64,000 nt of DNA from Macrostomum lignano (taxonomy: Eukaryota), in NCBI GenBank assembly GCA_002269645.1, contig NIVC01002717.1, forward strand, positions 1-64,000, in the 5' to 3' direction. A model generated the notes under the pieces. That model had not been told where the DNA came from and ran no database searches. It saw only the letters and a program-made list of their open reading frames with translations. A program made the position numbers and the translations under genes. This document shows, in pieces, positions 34,801 to 56,820 of the stretch; within the stretch, counting starts at the first letter, position 1, and each line of letters starts with the position of its first letter.

Positions 34801-37800
34801 TATTCTGGTCGACAGTCATAAGAGAACATGGGTTCCCCTGCAGAGACAGAAGATATAAGCATGAGATCTACTAGATCTAGTCTAAAATGACACAGTATTC
34901 TGGTCGACAGTCATAAGAGAACATGGGTTCCCCTGCAGAGACAGAAGATATAAGCATGAGATCTACTAGATCTAGTCTAAAATGACACAGTATTCTGGTC
35001 GACAGTCATAAGAGAACATGAGTTCCCCTGCAGAGACAGAAGATATAAGCATGAGATCTACTAGATCTAGTCTAAAATGACACAGTATTCTGGTCGACAG
35101 TCATAAGAGAACATGGGTTCCCCTGCAGAGACAGAAGATATAAGCATGAGATCTACTAGATCTAGTCTAAAATGACACAGTATTCTGGTCGACAGTCATA
35201 AGAGAACATGGGTTCCCCTGCAGAGACAGAAGATATAAGCATGAGATCTACTAGATCTAGTCTAAAATGACACAGTATTCTGGTCGACAGTCATAAGAGA
35301 ACATGGGTTCCCCTGCAGAGACAGAAGATATAAGCATGAGATCTACTAGATCTAGTCTAAAATGACACAGTATTCTGGTCGACAGTCATAAGAGAACATG
35401 GGTTCCCCTGCAGAGACAGAAGATATAAGCATGAGATCTACTAGATCTAGTCTAAAATGACACAGTATTCTGGTCGACAGTCATAAGAGAACATGGTTCC
35501 CCTGCAGAGACAGAAGATATAAGCATGAGATCTACTAGATCTAGTCTAAAATGACACAGTATTCTGGTCGACAGTCATAAGAGAACATGGGTTCCCCTGC
35601 AGAGACAGAAGATATAAGCATGAGATCTACTAGATCTAGTCTAAAATGACACAGTATTCTGGTCGACAGTCATAAGAGAACATGGGTTCCCCTGCAGAGA
35701 CAGAAGATATAAGCATGAGATCTACTAGATCTAGTCTAAAATGACACAGTATTCTGGTCGACAGTCATAAGAGAACATGGGTTCCCCTGCAGAGACAGAA
35801 GATATAAGCATGAGATCTACTAGATCTAGTCTAAAATGACACAGTATTCTGGTCGACAGTCATAAGAGAACATGGGTTCCCCTGCAGAGACAGAAGATAT
35901 AAGCATGAGATCTACTAGATCTAGTCTAAAATGACACAGTATTCTGGTCGACAGTCATAAGAGAACATGGGTTCCCCTGCAGAGACAGAAGATATAAGCA
36001 TGAGATCTACTAGATCTAGTCTAAAATGACACAGTATTCTGGTCGACAGTCATAAGAGAACATGGGTTCCCCTGCAGAGACAGAAGATATAAGCATGAGA
36101 TCTACTAGATCTAGTCTAAAATGACACAGTATTCTGGTCGACAGTCATAAGAGAACATGGGTTCCCCTGCAGAGACAGAAGATATAAGCATGAGATCTAC
36201 TAGATCTAGTCTAAAATGACACAGTATTCTGGTCGACAGTCATAAGAGAACATGGTTCCCCTGCAGAGACAGAAGATATAAGCATGAGATCTACTAGATC
36301 TAGTCTAAAATGACACAGTATTCTGGTCGACAGTCATAAGAGAACATGGGTTCCCCTGCAGAGACAGAAGATATAAGCATGAGATCTACTAGATCTAGTC
36401 TAAAATGACACAGTATTCTGGTCGACAGTCATAAGAGAACATGGTTCCCCTGCAGAGACAGAAGATATAAGCATGAGATCTACTAGATCTAGTCTAAAAT
36501 GACACAGTATTCTGGTCGACAGTCATAAGAGAACATGAGTTCCCCTGCAGAGACAGAAGATATAAGCATGAGATCTACTAGATCTAGTCTAAAATGACAC
36601 AGTATTCTGGTCGACAGTCATAAGAGAACATGGGTTCCCCTGCAGAGACAGAAGATATAAGCATGAGATCTACTAGATCTAGTCTAAAATGACACAGTAT
36701 TCTGGTCGACAGTCATAAGAGAACATGGTTCCCCTGCAGAGACAGAAGATATAAGCATGAGATCTACTAGATCTAGTCTAAAATGACACAGTATTCTGGT
36801 CGACAGTCATAAGAGAACATGAGTTCCCCTGCAGAGACAGAAGATATAAGCATGAGATCTACTAGATCTAGTCTAAAATGACACAGTATTCTGGTCGACA
36901 GTCATAAGAGAACATGAGTTCCCCTGCAGAGACAGAAGATATAAGCATGAGATCTACTAGATCTAGTCTAAAATGACACAGTATTCTGGTCGACAGTCAT
37001 AAGAGAACATGGTTCCCCTGCAGAGACAGAAGATATAAGCATGAGATCTACTAGATCTAGTCTAAAATGACACAGTATTCTGGTCGACAGTCATAAGAGA
37101 ACATGGGTTCCCCTGCAGAGACAGAAGATATAAGCATGAGATCTACTAGATCTAGTCTAAAATGACACAGTATTCTGGTCGACAGTCATAAGAGAACATG
37201 GTTCCCCTGCAGAGACAGAAGATATAAGCATGAGATCTACTAGATCTAGTCTAAAATGACACAGTATTCTGGTCGACAGTCATAAGAGAACATGAGTTCC
37301 CCTGCAGAGACAGAAGATATAAGCATGAGATCTACTAGATCTAGTCTAAAATGACACAGTATTCTGGTCGACAGTCATAAGAGAACATGGGTTCCCCTGC
37401 AGAGACAGAAGATATAAGCATGAGATCTACTAGATCTAGTCTAAAATGACACAGTATTCTGGTCGACAGTCATAAGAGAACATGAGTTCCCCTGCAGAGA
37501 CAGAAGATATAAGCATGAGATCTACTAGATCTAGTCTAAAATGACACAGTATTCTGGTCGACAGTCATAAGAGAACATGAGTTCCCCTGCAGAGACAGAA
37601 GATATAAGCATGAGATCTACTAGATCTAGTCTAAAATGACACAGTATTCTGGTCGACAGTCATAAGAGAACATGGGTTCCCCTGCAGAGACAGAAGATAT
37701 AAGCATGAGATCTACTAGATCTAGTCTAAAATGACACAGTATTCTGGTCGACAGTCATAAGAGAACATGGGTTCCCCTGCAGAGACAGAAGATATAAGCA

Positions 37801-38010
37801 TGAGATCTACTAGATCTAGTCTAAAATGACACAGTATTCTGGTCGACAGTCATAAGAGAACATGGTTCCCCTGCAGAGACAGAAGATATAAGCATGAGAT
37901 CTACTAGATCTAGTCTAAAATGACACAGTATTCTGGTCGACAGTCATAAGAGAACATGAGTTCCCCTGCAGAGACAGAAGATATAAGCATGAGATCTACT
38001 AGATCTAGTC
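31811..38010. repeat. Near-perfect 95-bp tandem satellite, ~65 copies
   Basis: Unit agatataagcatgagatctactagatctagtctaaaatgacacagtattctggtcgacagtcataagagaacatgggttcccctgcagagacaga. Variation is almost only ggg/gag/gg at one site. Confidence 0.97.
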
Positions 38011-38339
38011 TGCACAGTATTCTGTAAAAAGGATCTGTTTAAGATACGTACAACCAGGCTTTAAGCTAAATGGGAATTCTGTAGGCAAATCGGGTTAGAG
38101 AGGTATTGGGTGTGGTCTCAGGCTAGCTCTGTCATCGTGTTTCGAATAATCCCAATAAGGCGAATTTCTCTCCAGTGCAAGAAAACTGTGCGTGCTCCAC
38201 ATCTCACGCGATAAAATTTGTAGCTTGAAATAAATTGCTCAAGCATCGCTAAGAAACAATACAAGGGCAGATCTGCGAAAAATATGAAATCTCCGGAATT
38301 GATACTTAACGATTTTTAACGCGGCATTCTTTTTCTTGT

Positions 38340-38820
38340 AACTCACTTTATTATGTAATCTACTCACTCTACCGTAAAATTTACTCCCTCTATCATGTAA
38401 TCTCACTCTAGCATGTGATCTACTCACTCTAGCATGTAATCTACTCAGTCTATCATGTAATCTCACTCCAGCATGTAATCTACTCACTCTATCATGTAAT
38501 CTACTCACTCCAGCATGTAATCTACTCACTCTATCATGTAATCTACTCACTCTATCATGTAATCTACTCACTCCAGCATGTAATCTACTCACTCTATCAT
38601 GTAATCTACTCACTCCAGCATGTAATCAACTCACTCTATCATGCAATCAACTGACTCCAAAATGTAATTTGCTCACTCTATCCTGTAATCTACTCACTCT
38701 ATCATGCAATCAACTCACTCCAAAATGTAATTTACTCACTCTATCGTGTAATATACTTGCTCTTGCATGTAATCTGCTCAGTCTACGGTAGAATCTACTC
38801 AATTCTATCATGCAATCTAC
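38340..38820. repeat. 21-bp minisatellite (atgtaatctactcactctatc)
   Basis: Direct periodicity. Confidence 0.9.
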
Positions 38821-38893
38821 TCACTAATAGTGCAGCCTCAAGTCGCACTTCCCCACTTCATCGCCCGCTGCACGGCACCCTCAGCAGGCGGCA

Positions 38894-47486
<8,593 letters not shown>

Positions 47487-47899
47487 GGAGAGCCGTGAGC
47501 CCCCGCCAGCAGCAGCTCAAGGCCCATCTTTATTGAAATTTCTGAATTTGAAGCGCGCGGGACTGGAAACAGATATTGAAGTTCACGTGTAAACTGCTTT
47601 ACTATTTTTTACAAAAATGCGCGATACTCTCTACTCTCCTATGGATAGTAAGTAGTGTAAATCTGTCGCGTTGAGAATGATTCAACAGTTTCTTTTGTTG
47701 AAAACTTTCACCATTTTCCTATTTAAAAAAACTTTAAAAAATTAAAACTATCACTTTGCACTTCGATTTCGTTTCAAAGCGAAGTTGTTAATATTTTTCC
47801 TGGTGACAAATAAACAATCCCAATGCAATGTATTCATAAACAGTGAATTGGAATTCATTTTCAGTTTTATTTCTAATCATTCTACCTTTACCTTTAAGA

Positions 47900-49210
47900 T
47901 TCACCCTCCCCGGAGATTCACCCATCAATCCCTGAGATTCACTCACTCATCCATAAGACTCAGTCTCCCGCTCCTGATATTCACTTACTCATCCATAAGA
48001 CTCACTCTCCCGCTCCTGATATTCACTCACTCATCCATAAGACTCACTCTCCCGCTCCTGATATTCACTCACTCATCCATAAGACTCACTCTCCCGCTCC
48101 TGATATTCACTCACTCATCCATAAGACTCACTCTCCCGCTCCTAATATTCACTTACTCATCCATAAGATTCACTCTCCCCGGAGATTCACTCACCTATCC
48201 TTGAGATTCACTCACCCATCCATGAGATTCAGTCACCCATTCATGAGATTCACCTCCTTCCCTGTGATTTACCCTCCCTCAGATTCACCCTCCCTGAGAT
48301 TCACCCTCCTTGAGATTCACCTCCCTCCCTGAGATTCAACCTCCCTGAGATTCACCCTCCCTGAGATTCACTCTCCTTCCCTTGAGATTCACTCTCCCTC
48401 CCTGAGATTCACCCTCCCTGAGATTCACCCTCCTTGAGATTCACCCTCCCTGAGATTCACCCTCCTTGAGATTCACCTCCCTCCCTGAGATTCAACCTCC
48501 CTGACATTCACCCTCCCTGAGATTCACTCTCCTTCCCTTGAGATTCACTCTCCCTGCCTGAGATTCACCCTCCTGAGATTCACCCTCCCTGAGATTCACC
48601 CTCCCTGAGATTCACCCTCCTTGAGATTCACTCTCCCTCCCTGAGATTCACCCTCCCTGAGATTCACCCTCCTTGAGATTCACCTCCCTCCCTGAGATTC
48701 AACCTCCCTGAGATTCACCCTCCCTGAGATTCACTCTCCTTCCCTTGAGATTCACTCTCCCTCCCTGAGATTCACCCTCCTTGAGATTCACCTCCCTCCC
48801 TGAGATTCAACCTCCCTGAGATTCACCCTCCCTGAGATTCACTCTCCTTCCCTTGAGATTCACTCTCCCTCCCTGAGATTCACCCTCCTGAGATTCACCC
48901 TCCCTGAGATTCACCCTCCCCGAGATTCACCCTCCTTGAGATTCACTCTCCCTCCCTGAGATTCACCCTCCCTGAGATTCACCCTCCTTGAGATTCACCT
49001 CCCTCCCTGAGATTCAACCTCCCTGAGATTCACCCTCCCTGAGATTCACTCTCCTTCCCTTGAGATTCACTCTCCCTCCCTGAGATTCACCCTCCTGAGA
49101 TTCACCCTCCCTGAGATTCACCCTCCCTGAGATTCACCCTCCTTGAGATTCACTCTCCCTCCCTGAGATTCACCCTCCCTGAGATTCACCCTCCCTGAGA
49201 TTCACCTGAG
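47900..49210. repeat. Composite array: ~42-bp unit then 16-20-bp gagattcaccctccct units with higher-order blocks
   Basis: Direct periodicity. Confidence 0.9.
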
Positions 49211-49679
49211 ATTAATAATTTGAATTTAATTTTGCAAGTCCCAATTATAAAACTCGAATATTAAAAATGAAAGTCATGTTTTGTTTGACTTTGAGCTAGT
49301 CTGAACTCGGCTTCCTGAATGGATTCGCAGAAACACTTTCTGCTTGACTAGAAATTCGAAAAATACACAAAGCCAAGTTAGCAGATTCTGGTAAACACTC
49401 TGCAGACCTCGCAGCTTCCGCCTTCTCCATCCCATTTCTCCAGCATCAAAAGATTCGAAAGATCAAACAATATTCTTCAATAAAAAGCTTTGATTAAAGA
49501 CTTTTCAAGCGTGCTGGCTAGCGTAACAACTTGTTACTCCAATGCCTTTGTGGATAAGCCTGGGTTAATTCTCGTACCTGTTATACTAGGGGCTAATATT
49601 CACTGGCATGACTATTTTACTTGGCAAATATTCAGTCTTGCGGCTTTGCCAACCTTCTTTTCTGTCAATTTCACAAATA

Positions 49680-50195
49680 GAAAGAGAAGTAGAGAGTGAG
49701 GGTAGAGTGTACAGAGAGAGGTAGTGAGAGAGAGGTTAGAAACCGAGGGTTAGAGAGGGAGGCTTAGAGAGGGAGGGGTAGAGAGGGAGGGGTAGAGAGG
49801 GAGGGGTAGATAGGAAGAGGCAGAGAAGAAGGGTAGAGAGTGAGAGGTAGATAGTGAGAGGTAGAGAGTGAGAGGTAGATAGTGAGAGGTAGAGAGGGAG
49901 AGGGAGAGAGTGAGAGGTAGAGAGGGAGAGGTAGAGAGTGAGAGGTAGATAGTGAGAGGTAGAGAGGGAGAGGGAGAGAGTGAGAGGTAGAGAGGGAGAG
50001 GTAGAGAGTGAGAGGTAGAGAGGGAGAGGGAGAGAGTGAGAGGTAGAGAGGGAGAGGTAGAGAGTGAGAGGTAGAGAGGGAGGAGTAGAGAGGGAGAGGT
50101 AGAGAGGGAGAGGTAGAGAGGGAGAGGTAGAGAGGGAGAGGTAGAGAGGGAGAGGTAGAGAGGGAGAGGCAGAGAAGAAGGGGAGAGCAGAGTAG
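49680..50195. repeat. GA-rich polypurine repeat (gagagggagaggta)
   Basis: Direct periodicity. Confidence 0.9.
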
Positions 50196-50859
50196 AGAGC
50201 AGGCCAGGACGGCTGCTCAAAGTCTGACTTTCAGACTGTGCTGGCCCAAATTCCCATGCAAGACAAGATCCCACACGCGGTTCCCATGCGGATGCAAGTC
50301 ATTGTTGCGCACCTCCCCACACAGCTATCTCAAGTGAGTCCTGAATGCGACTCCAGGCAGGCTGTGAAACAAAAACTTTCTCTGGCAGAGGGGCCCATAT
50401 TGCCGCAGCCACTTGTGCATACGTGAGTTTGCAGCACTCGCAGTCAACTCGGACTCCAAGGCCAGACAAGGAGGAGAAAGTGAAAACTTTATGCCACAAA
50501 CAGATGGTAAACAGTGCGGCAATTGAGGCGGGAGCTAATTCTCAAATTGAAATGGAGCAGGAGACTCAACAGACAGTGAATAAGTGTGAGACTTGGCTTG
50601 AACACTTCTCCACTTAAGTCACTCTCTTACTGAATCAACTCAAAGCCCTTCACGAAAAATATATTCCATAATATTGTTTTATATAGTGTAAAATGTTGCA
50701 ACAATTTCTCTCTCCTAGCTGCTGTTGGGAAAATTGCTGCAGAAATTGAGGAAATTCAACTTGAGAGGGCGTCTTTTTCATTTGCTTAGTTTTGGCCGCT
50801 GCTGTTTATGCAGAACTTTAATGCAAGTTTTACTGTTTAAACTGCGCCCCTTCAGATCC

Positions 50860-51670
50860 CGGATGGCGCCTCCATCAAATCCCAGTTTGGCGCCAATCTC
50901 AAATTCCAAATTAGAGCGCCAATCTCAAATCCCAACTTTAAGCGCCAATCTCAAATCCCAGTTTGGCGCCAATCTCAAACCCCAGTTTGGTGCCAATCTC
51001 AAATCCCAACTTTAAGCGCCAATCTCAAATCCCAGTTTGGCGCCAATCTCAAATCCCAACTTTAAGCACCAATCTCAAATCCCAACTTTAAGCACCAATC
51101 TCAAATCCCAACTTTAAGCGCCAATATCAAATCTCTGTTTGGCGCCAATCTCAAATCCCAACTTTAAGCGCCAATCTCAAATCCCAGTTTGGCGCCAATC
51201 TCAAATCCCAGTTTGGCGCCAATCTCAAATCCCAGTTTGGCGCCAATCTCAAATCCCAGTTTGGCGCCAATCTCAAATCCCAACTTTAAGCGCCAATATC
51301 AAATCCCAGTTTGGCGCCAATCTCAAATCCCAGTTTGGCGCCAATCTCAAATCCCAGTTTGGCGCCAATCTCAAATCCCAGTTTGGCGCCAATCTCAAAT
51401 CCCAGTTTGGCGCCAATCTCAAATCCCAACTTTAAGCACCAATCTCAAATCTCTGTTTGGCGCCAATCTCAAATCCCAACTTTAAGCGCCAATATCAAAT
51501 CCCAGTTTGGCGCCAATCTCAAATCCCAACTTTAAGCGCCAATATCAAATCCCAGTTTGGCGCCAATCTCAAATCCCAGTTTGGCGCCAATCTCAAATCC
51601 CAGTTTGGCGCCAATCTCAAATCCCAGTTTGGCGCCAATCTCAAATCCCAGTTTGGCGCCAATTTAAAAT
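50860..51670. repeat. 24-bp minisatellite (ggcgccaatctcaaatcccagttt)
   Basis: Direct periodicity, with two alternating variants. Confidence 0.95.
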
Positions 51671-52214
51671 CCCAAATGCAGCCCGGACACACCCATCTGC
51701 GATGCCAGCTTTGGCACATCCTGCAATTCAATTACCGCTTCCATCTAATAATATCCCATGAAGTCGAAGAAACGCCATATGTCACTCCTCAATATCGATT
51801 TGCCTTTAAACCAAGCAGACGTCATCTCTTCATCTTTTCATCTCCAGCTTCCGGCCTCATGCGGGCGTGTTAAAGTTTCTAGCAGATTTTAGGAAATTTT
51901 CCCCCAATGACTCTACAGAGACATCGATGGAGTGAAAGTGGAATCTCAAAGAGGATCATGGATGGCTTCCTGGTAACCCCGGCCCTCGGATACTCACTGC
52001 AACCAGCTCGCTGTGGCCGCCACTCCAGCAGTTATACAACAAGCGGAAACAGGCCTATCGAAGGCTCTCCGTCTGTGGGCATAGGGGAGAGGATAACTTA
52101 TAACACGACTGAGAGCTGCAGCGGTCAGTCAAGTCCATGGATTACTGTTCATAGATATCTGGAGTCAAGATTCAGATAGTGTGCAGGACGTTGATACGGC
52201 CGGTCGTCTACCAA

Positions 52215-52450
52215 GAGACAGGGGCGCCCAACAAGAGACAGGATCGCCCAACAAGAGACAGGGGCGCCCAACAAGAGACAGGGGCGCCCAACAAGAGACA
52301 GGGGCGCCCAACAAGAGACAGGATCGCCCAACAAGAGACAGGGGCGCCCAACAAGAGACAGGGGCGCCCAACAAGAGACAGGGGCGCCCACCAAGAGACA
52401 GGGGCGCCCACCAAGAGACAGGGGCGCCTATTAAGACAAAGGGGCGCCAT
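52215..52450. repeat. 20-bp minisatellite (ggggcgcccaacaagagaca)
   Basis: Direct periodicity. Confidence 0.95.
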
Positions 52451-52959
52451 CTCGAATCAAAATAATTTCTGATTTTGCATGTCTCCACTCCAGACCTCGA
52501 GTCCAGTGCACCATGGCACCCCCACGGCTTCTTCTCTTCACACCGGATCTGCGAGTCTTCAAGCATCTTTCTTCCCGACTCGGTTTCCGGCCAACACAGT
52601 CTTTAATTTTGACCTCCCCTCAATGGCTACCACCATTTTCAAGTGTGTCCGCGGTCCCAAAATGATTAAGGTGGGCCGGGATCCTCGGTTCTTTTTAGTC
52701 GTGAATAAAAACTGACAGAGCTGAGACTACTATGTTTTATGGCCTACTCAATGCCGAGAGAGAGAAGTGGGCAGGGCAAGATTCTACAACGCAACGTGCT
52801 TACAATTGGCTGTGTGAAGTGTTTTAAATTGCGTATTGAAATCTGGCAGTGGCTTGGGATTTTTCTTCAAGCACTGAGAAGGAAGTGGCTTGAGTTAGAC
52901 TTCTATTGTTGGATTGATTTCCCCTGCTTGCACCTTGCCCCGGGATCAGAAGGGGAATG

Positions 52960-54850
52960 GTTGGAGATCAAGAGTTGGAGACACTGAGAGTTGGGTGGAT
53001 AGGAGACTGAGAGAGTTGGGTAGATAGGAGACACCGAGAGTTGGGTAGATAGGAGACTGAGAGTTGGGTAGATAGGAGACTGGGAGTTGGGTAGATAGGA
53101 GACTGGGAGTTGGGTAGATAGGAGACTGAGAGTTGGGTAGATAGGAGACTGAGAGAGTTGGGTAGATAGGAGACTGAGAATTGGGTAGACAGGAGAGTTA
53201 GAGTTGGGTAGATATGAGACTGAGAGAGTTGGGTAGATAGGAGACACCGAGAGTTGGGTAGATAGGAGACTGAGAGTTGGGTAGATAGGAGACTGGGAGT
53301 TCGGTAGATAGGAGACTGGGAGTTGGGTAGATAGGAGACTGAGAGTTGGGTAGATAGGAGACTGAGAGTTGGGTAGATAGGAGACTGAGAGTTGGGTAGA
53401 TAGGAGACTGAGAGTTGGGTAGACAGGAGACTTAGAGTTGGGTAGATATGAGACTGAGAGAGTTGGGTAGATAGGACACTGAGAGTTGGGTAGATAGGAG
53501 ACTGAGAGTTGGGTAGACAGGAGACTTAGAGTTGGGTAGATATGAGACTGAGAGAGTTGGGTAGATAGGAGACTGAGAGTTGGGTAGATAGAAGACTGAG
53601 AGTTGTGTGGATAGAAGACTGAGAGAGTTGGGTAGATAGGAGACACCGAGAGTTGGGTAGATAGGAGACTGGGAGTTGGGTAGATAGGAGACTGGGAGTT
53701 GGGTAGATAGGAGACTGAGAGTTGGGTAGATAGGAGACTGAGAGTTGGGTAGATAGGAGACTGGGAGTTGGGTAGATAAGGAGACTGAGTTGGTAGATAG
53801 AAGACTGAGGGTTGGGTAGACAGGAGACTGAAAGTTGTGTAGACAGGAGACTGAGAATTGGGTAGACAGGAGAGTTAGAGTTGGGTAGATATGAGACTGA
53901 GAGAGTTGGGTAGATAGGAGACACCGAGAGTTGGGTAGATAGGAGACTGGGAGTTGGGTAGATAGGAGACTGAGAGTTGGGTAGATAGGAGACTGGGAGT
54001 TGGGTAGATAGGAGACTGGGAGTTGGGTAGATAAGGAGACTGAGTTGGTAGATAGAAGACTGAGGGTTGGGTAGACAGGAGACTGAAAGTTGTGTAGACA
54101 GGAGACTGAGAATTGGGTAGACAGGAGAGTTAGAGTTGGGTAGATATGAGACTGAGAGAGTTGGGTAGATAGGAGACACCGAGAGTTGGGTAGATAGGAG
54201 ACTGAGAGTTGGGTAGATAGGAGACTGGGAGTTCGGTAGATAGGAGACTGGGAGTTGGGTAGATAGGAGACTGAGAGTTGGGTAGATAGGAGACTGAGAG
54301 TTGGGTAGATAGGAGACTGAGAGAGTTGGGTAGATAGGAGACTGAGAGTTGGGTAGATAGGAGACTGAGAGTTGGGTAGATAGGAGACTGAGAGTTGGGT
54401 AGACAGGAGACTTAGAGTTGGGTAGATATGAGACTGAGAGAGTTGGGTAGATAGGAGACTGAGAGTTGGGTAGATAGGAGACTGAGAGTTGGGTAGACAG
54501 GAGACTGAGAGTTGGGTAGATATGAGACTGAGAGAGTTGGGTAGATAGGAGACTGAGAGTTGGGTAGATAGGAGACTGAGAGTTGGGTGGATAGAAGACT
54601 GAGAGAGTTGGGTAGATAGGAGACACCGAGAGTTGGGTAGATAGGAGACTGGGAGTTGGGTAGATAGGAGACTGGGAGTTGGGTAGATAGGAGACTGAGA
54701 GTTGGGTAGATAGGAGACTGAGAGTTGGGTAGATAGGAGACTGGGAGTTGGGTAGATAAGGAGACTGAGTTGGTAGATAGAAGACTGAGGGTTGGGTAGA
54801 CAGGAGACTGAAAGTTGTGTAGACAGGAGACTGAGAATCGGGTAGATATA
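52960..54850. repeat. 23-bp minisatellite (gagagttgggtagataggagact) with higher-order duplications
   Basis: Period seen at 53041 and 53064; a variant block recurs at ~53785, 54040 and 54765. Confidence 0.95.
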
Positions 54851-55499
54851 TTAGGTAGATAGTAGGGATACAGTTGAGTAGATTTCAGGCACTTCTCAGT
54901 CTATATGAGTGTCGGATATGCAATGAAACGCAAGCTAAACTTAAACACACTCAATTAACCGTGGCTGGCCATAAATAAAGCTTCTAAAACCTTGAGCATC
55001 GCAGCGGGTATTCGCTAAAGCGCACTGCGACAGAGGCACTCAAATTGACTTTGCATAAAATAAATTGATTTGACAAACAATTTTCACAAAACTTCAACTC
55101 AAGGCTTTAATTGTTTTGTTATCTATTATACTCATAATAGAACTACTAAAGTCAAAATTGATCAGACAGTCCCCATCTCCGCTTGAGGTCCAATTAAAGA
55201 AAACGATAGCTAATTATAAAAATGTTGGCAATGAATGCTTATCATTTAATCCTATTCATTTAGGGATTTTAAGTCATGCCCCCATTATTGCAGGTGCCTC
55301 CTCGGTGGGCGGGGATCAGAACGAAGAGTTAAAAGCTCTTATCCAATTATGGAATTAGATGTTCTTAAATTCTAAAGTATTCGACACCCACACGCACACA
55401 GATGCAACTTTAATAATCGCTTTGTAAATTGAAAATACTCGAAAGAAACTAGAGGGAGCATCCAGGATTTTTTATTGAGAGGGGGGCACGGTTTTCAGG

Positions 55500-55890
55500 G
55501 CGCCACATTGTTGGAGGCGCCGACGTGGGAGGCGCCATCATGGGAGGCCAGCATCAAGGGGCAACATCGTGGGGCGCCAGCATCAAGAGGCGCCATCGTG
55601 ACGGGGCGCCAGCATCAAGGGGCGCCATCGTGACGGGGCGCCAGCATCAAGGGGCGCCATCGTGACGGGGCGCCAGCATCAAGGGGCGCCATTGTGGGGA
55701 CGCCAGTATCAAGGGGCGCCATTGTGGGGACGCCAGTATCAAGGGGCGCCATTGTGGGGACGCCAGTATCAAGGGGCGCCATCGTGACGGGGCGCCAGCA
55801 TCAAGGGGCGCCATCGTGACTGGACGCCAGCATCAAGGGGCGCCATCGTGACGGGGCGCCAGCATCAAGGAGCGCCAAGGGGGCGCCTAG
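55500..55890. repeat. GGCGCC minisatellite (alternating ~16-bp units), possibly inside a decayed MITE
   Basis: ggggcgccagcatcaa / ggggcgccatcgtgac. The flanks gcatccaggattttt and tctggacg are weakly inverted. Confidence 0.8.
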
Positions 55891-56469
55891 TCAGCTGCGT
55901 AGGAGGCGCCACAGAGTTTGCCAGCCTACTTGCAATGGGGGATGGCTCAAGCCCCTGAAAAACGCCAATAATCTGGACGAGTGGGAGCAGAAAGAACCTA
56001 CAAGTTTTCAAATAACATAACATGGCCAGTTTTGACAATTGTCAAAACACAGACAGACAACTTAAGATGCGGCCGTATGTTGTATTAATTTTTTTCGGGG
56101 CAATACAACACACTGCCTGACAATAGGAGCCATAATAGAGGGTATTTGGAATTGGCGCCAAGATCACAGTGGGGGTCATTGTACGGTCTCTCAAGCCTCG
56201 TGTATGTAGCAGTTTCATATACCGTATCCAACACGATAGAGTTTGAGCCAATGTGGGCCTAAGTGTGTCGCAACTGAATTCGAGTTAAGCGTGGCAAGAG
56301 AGAGGAGAGAAGCACTCGAAACATGTTGAAAGCATGTATATTGGTGTGTACAGAATCGATAGAACAATAAACAGTTTGCTTTAATAAAGTTGAATTGAAA
56401 TGAGGGTCTCCGTGTTTTCAAATATAACTCAAGTGTCTGCCCGTGGTCTCTGAGGTCGTTTTGATATTT

Positions 56470-56820
56470 TATTCAGTGTCATAAGCGCAGTGTCATCTGT
56501 TATGAGCGCGCAGTGTCATAAGCGCAGTGTCATCTGTTATGAACGCGCAGTGTCATAAGCGCAGTATCATAATAAGCGCGCGGTATCATAAGCGCAGTGT
56601 TATAAGCGCGCAGTGTCATGAGCGCGCAGTGTCATAAGCGCGCAGTGTCATAAGCGCGCAGTGTCATGAGCGCGCAGTGTCATAAGCGCGCAGTGTCATG
56701 AGCGCGCAGTGTCATAAGCGCGCAGTGTCATAAGCGCGCAGTGTCATAAGCGCGCAGTGTCATAAGCGCGCAGTGTCATAAGCGCGCAGTGTCATAAGCG
56801 CGCAGTGTCATAAGCGCGCT
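56470..56820. repeat. 16-bp CpG-rich minisatellite (gcgcgcagtgtcataa)
   Basis: Direct periodicity. Confidence 0.95.

Noticed and set aside
31811-38010. CRISPR-like array (palindromic repeat plus spacer)
   Set aside because: The would-be spacers are identical in every unit, there are no cas genes, and the context is eukaryotic. It is a plain satellite.
51680-52990. Decayed transposase fragments (BED-like SDIWRFF..CRMC; SWIM-like CKHVA) on the minus strand
   Set aside because: The motifs are too short and disrupted to support a call without a profile search.
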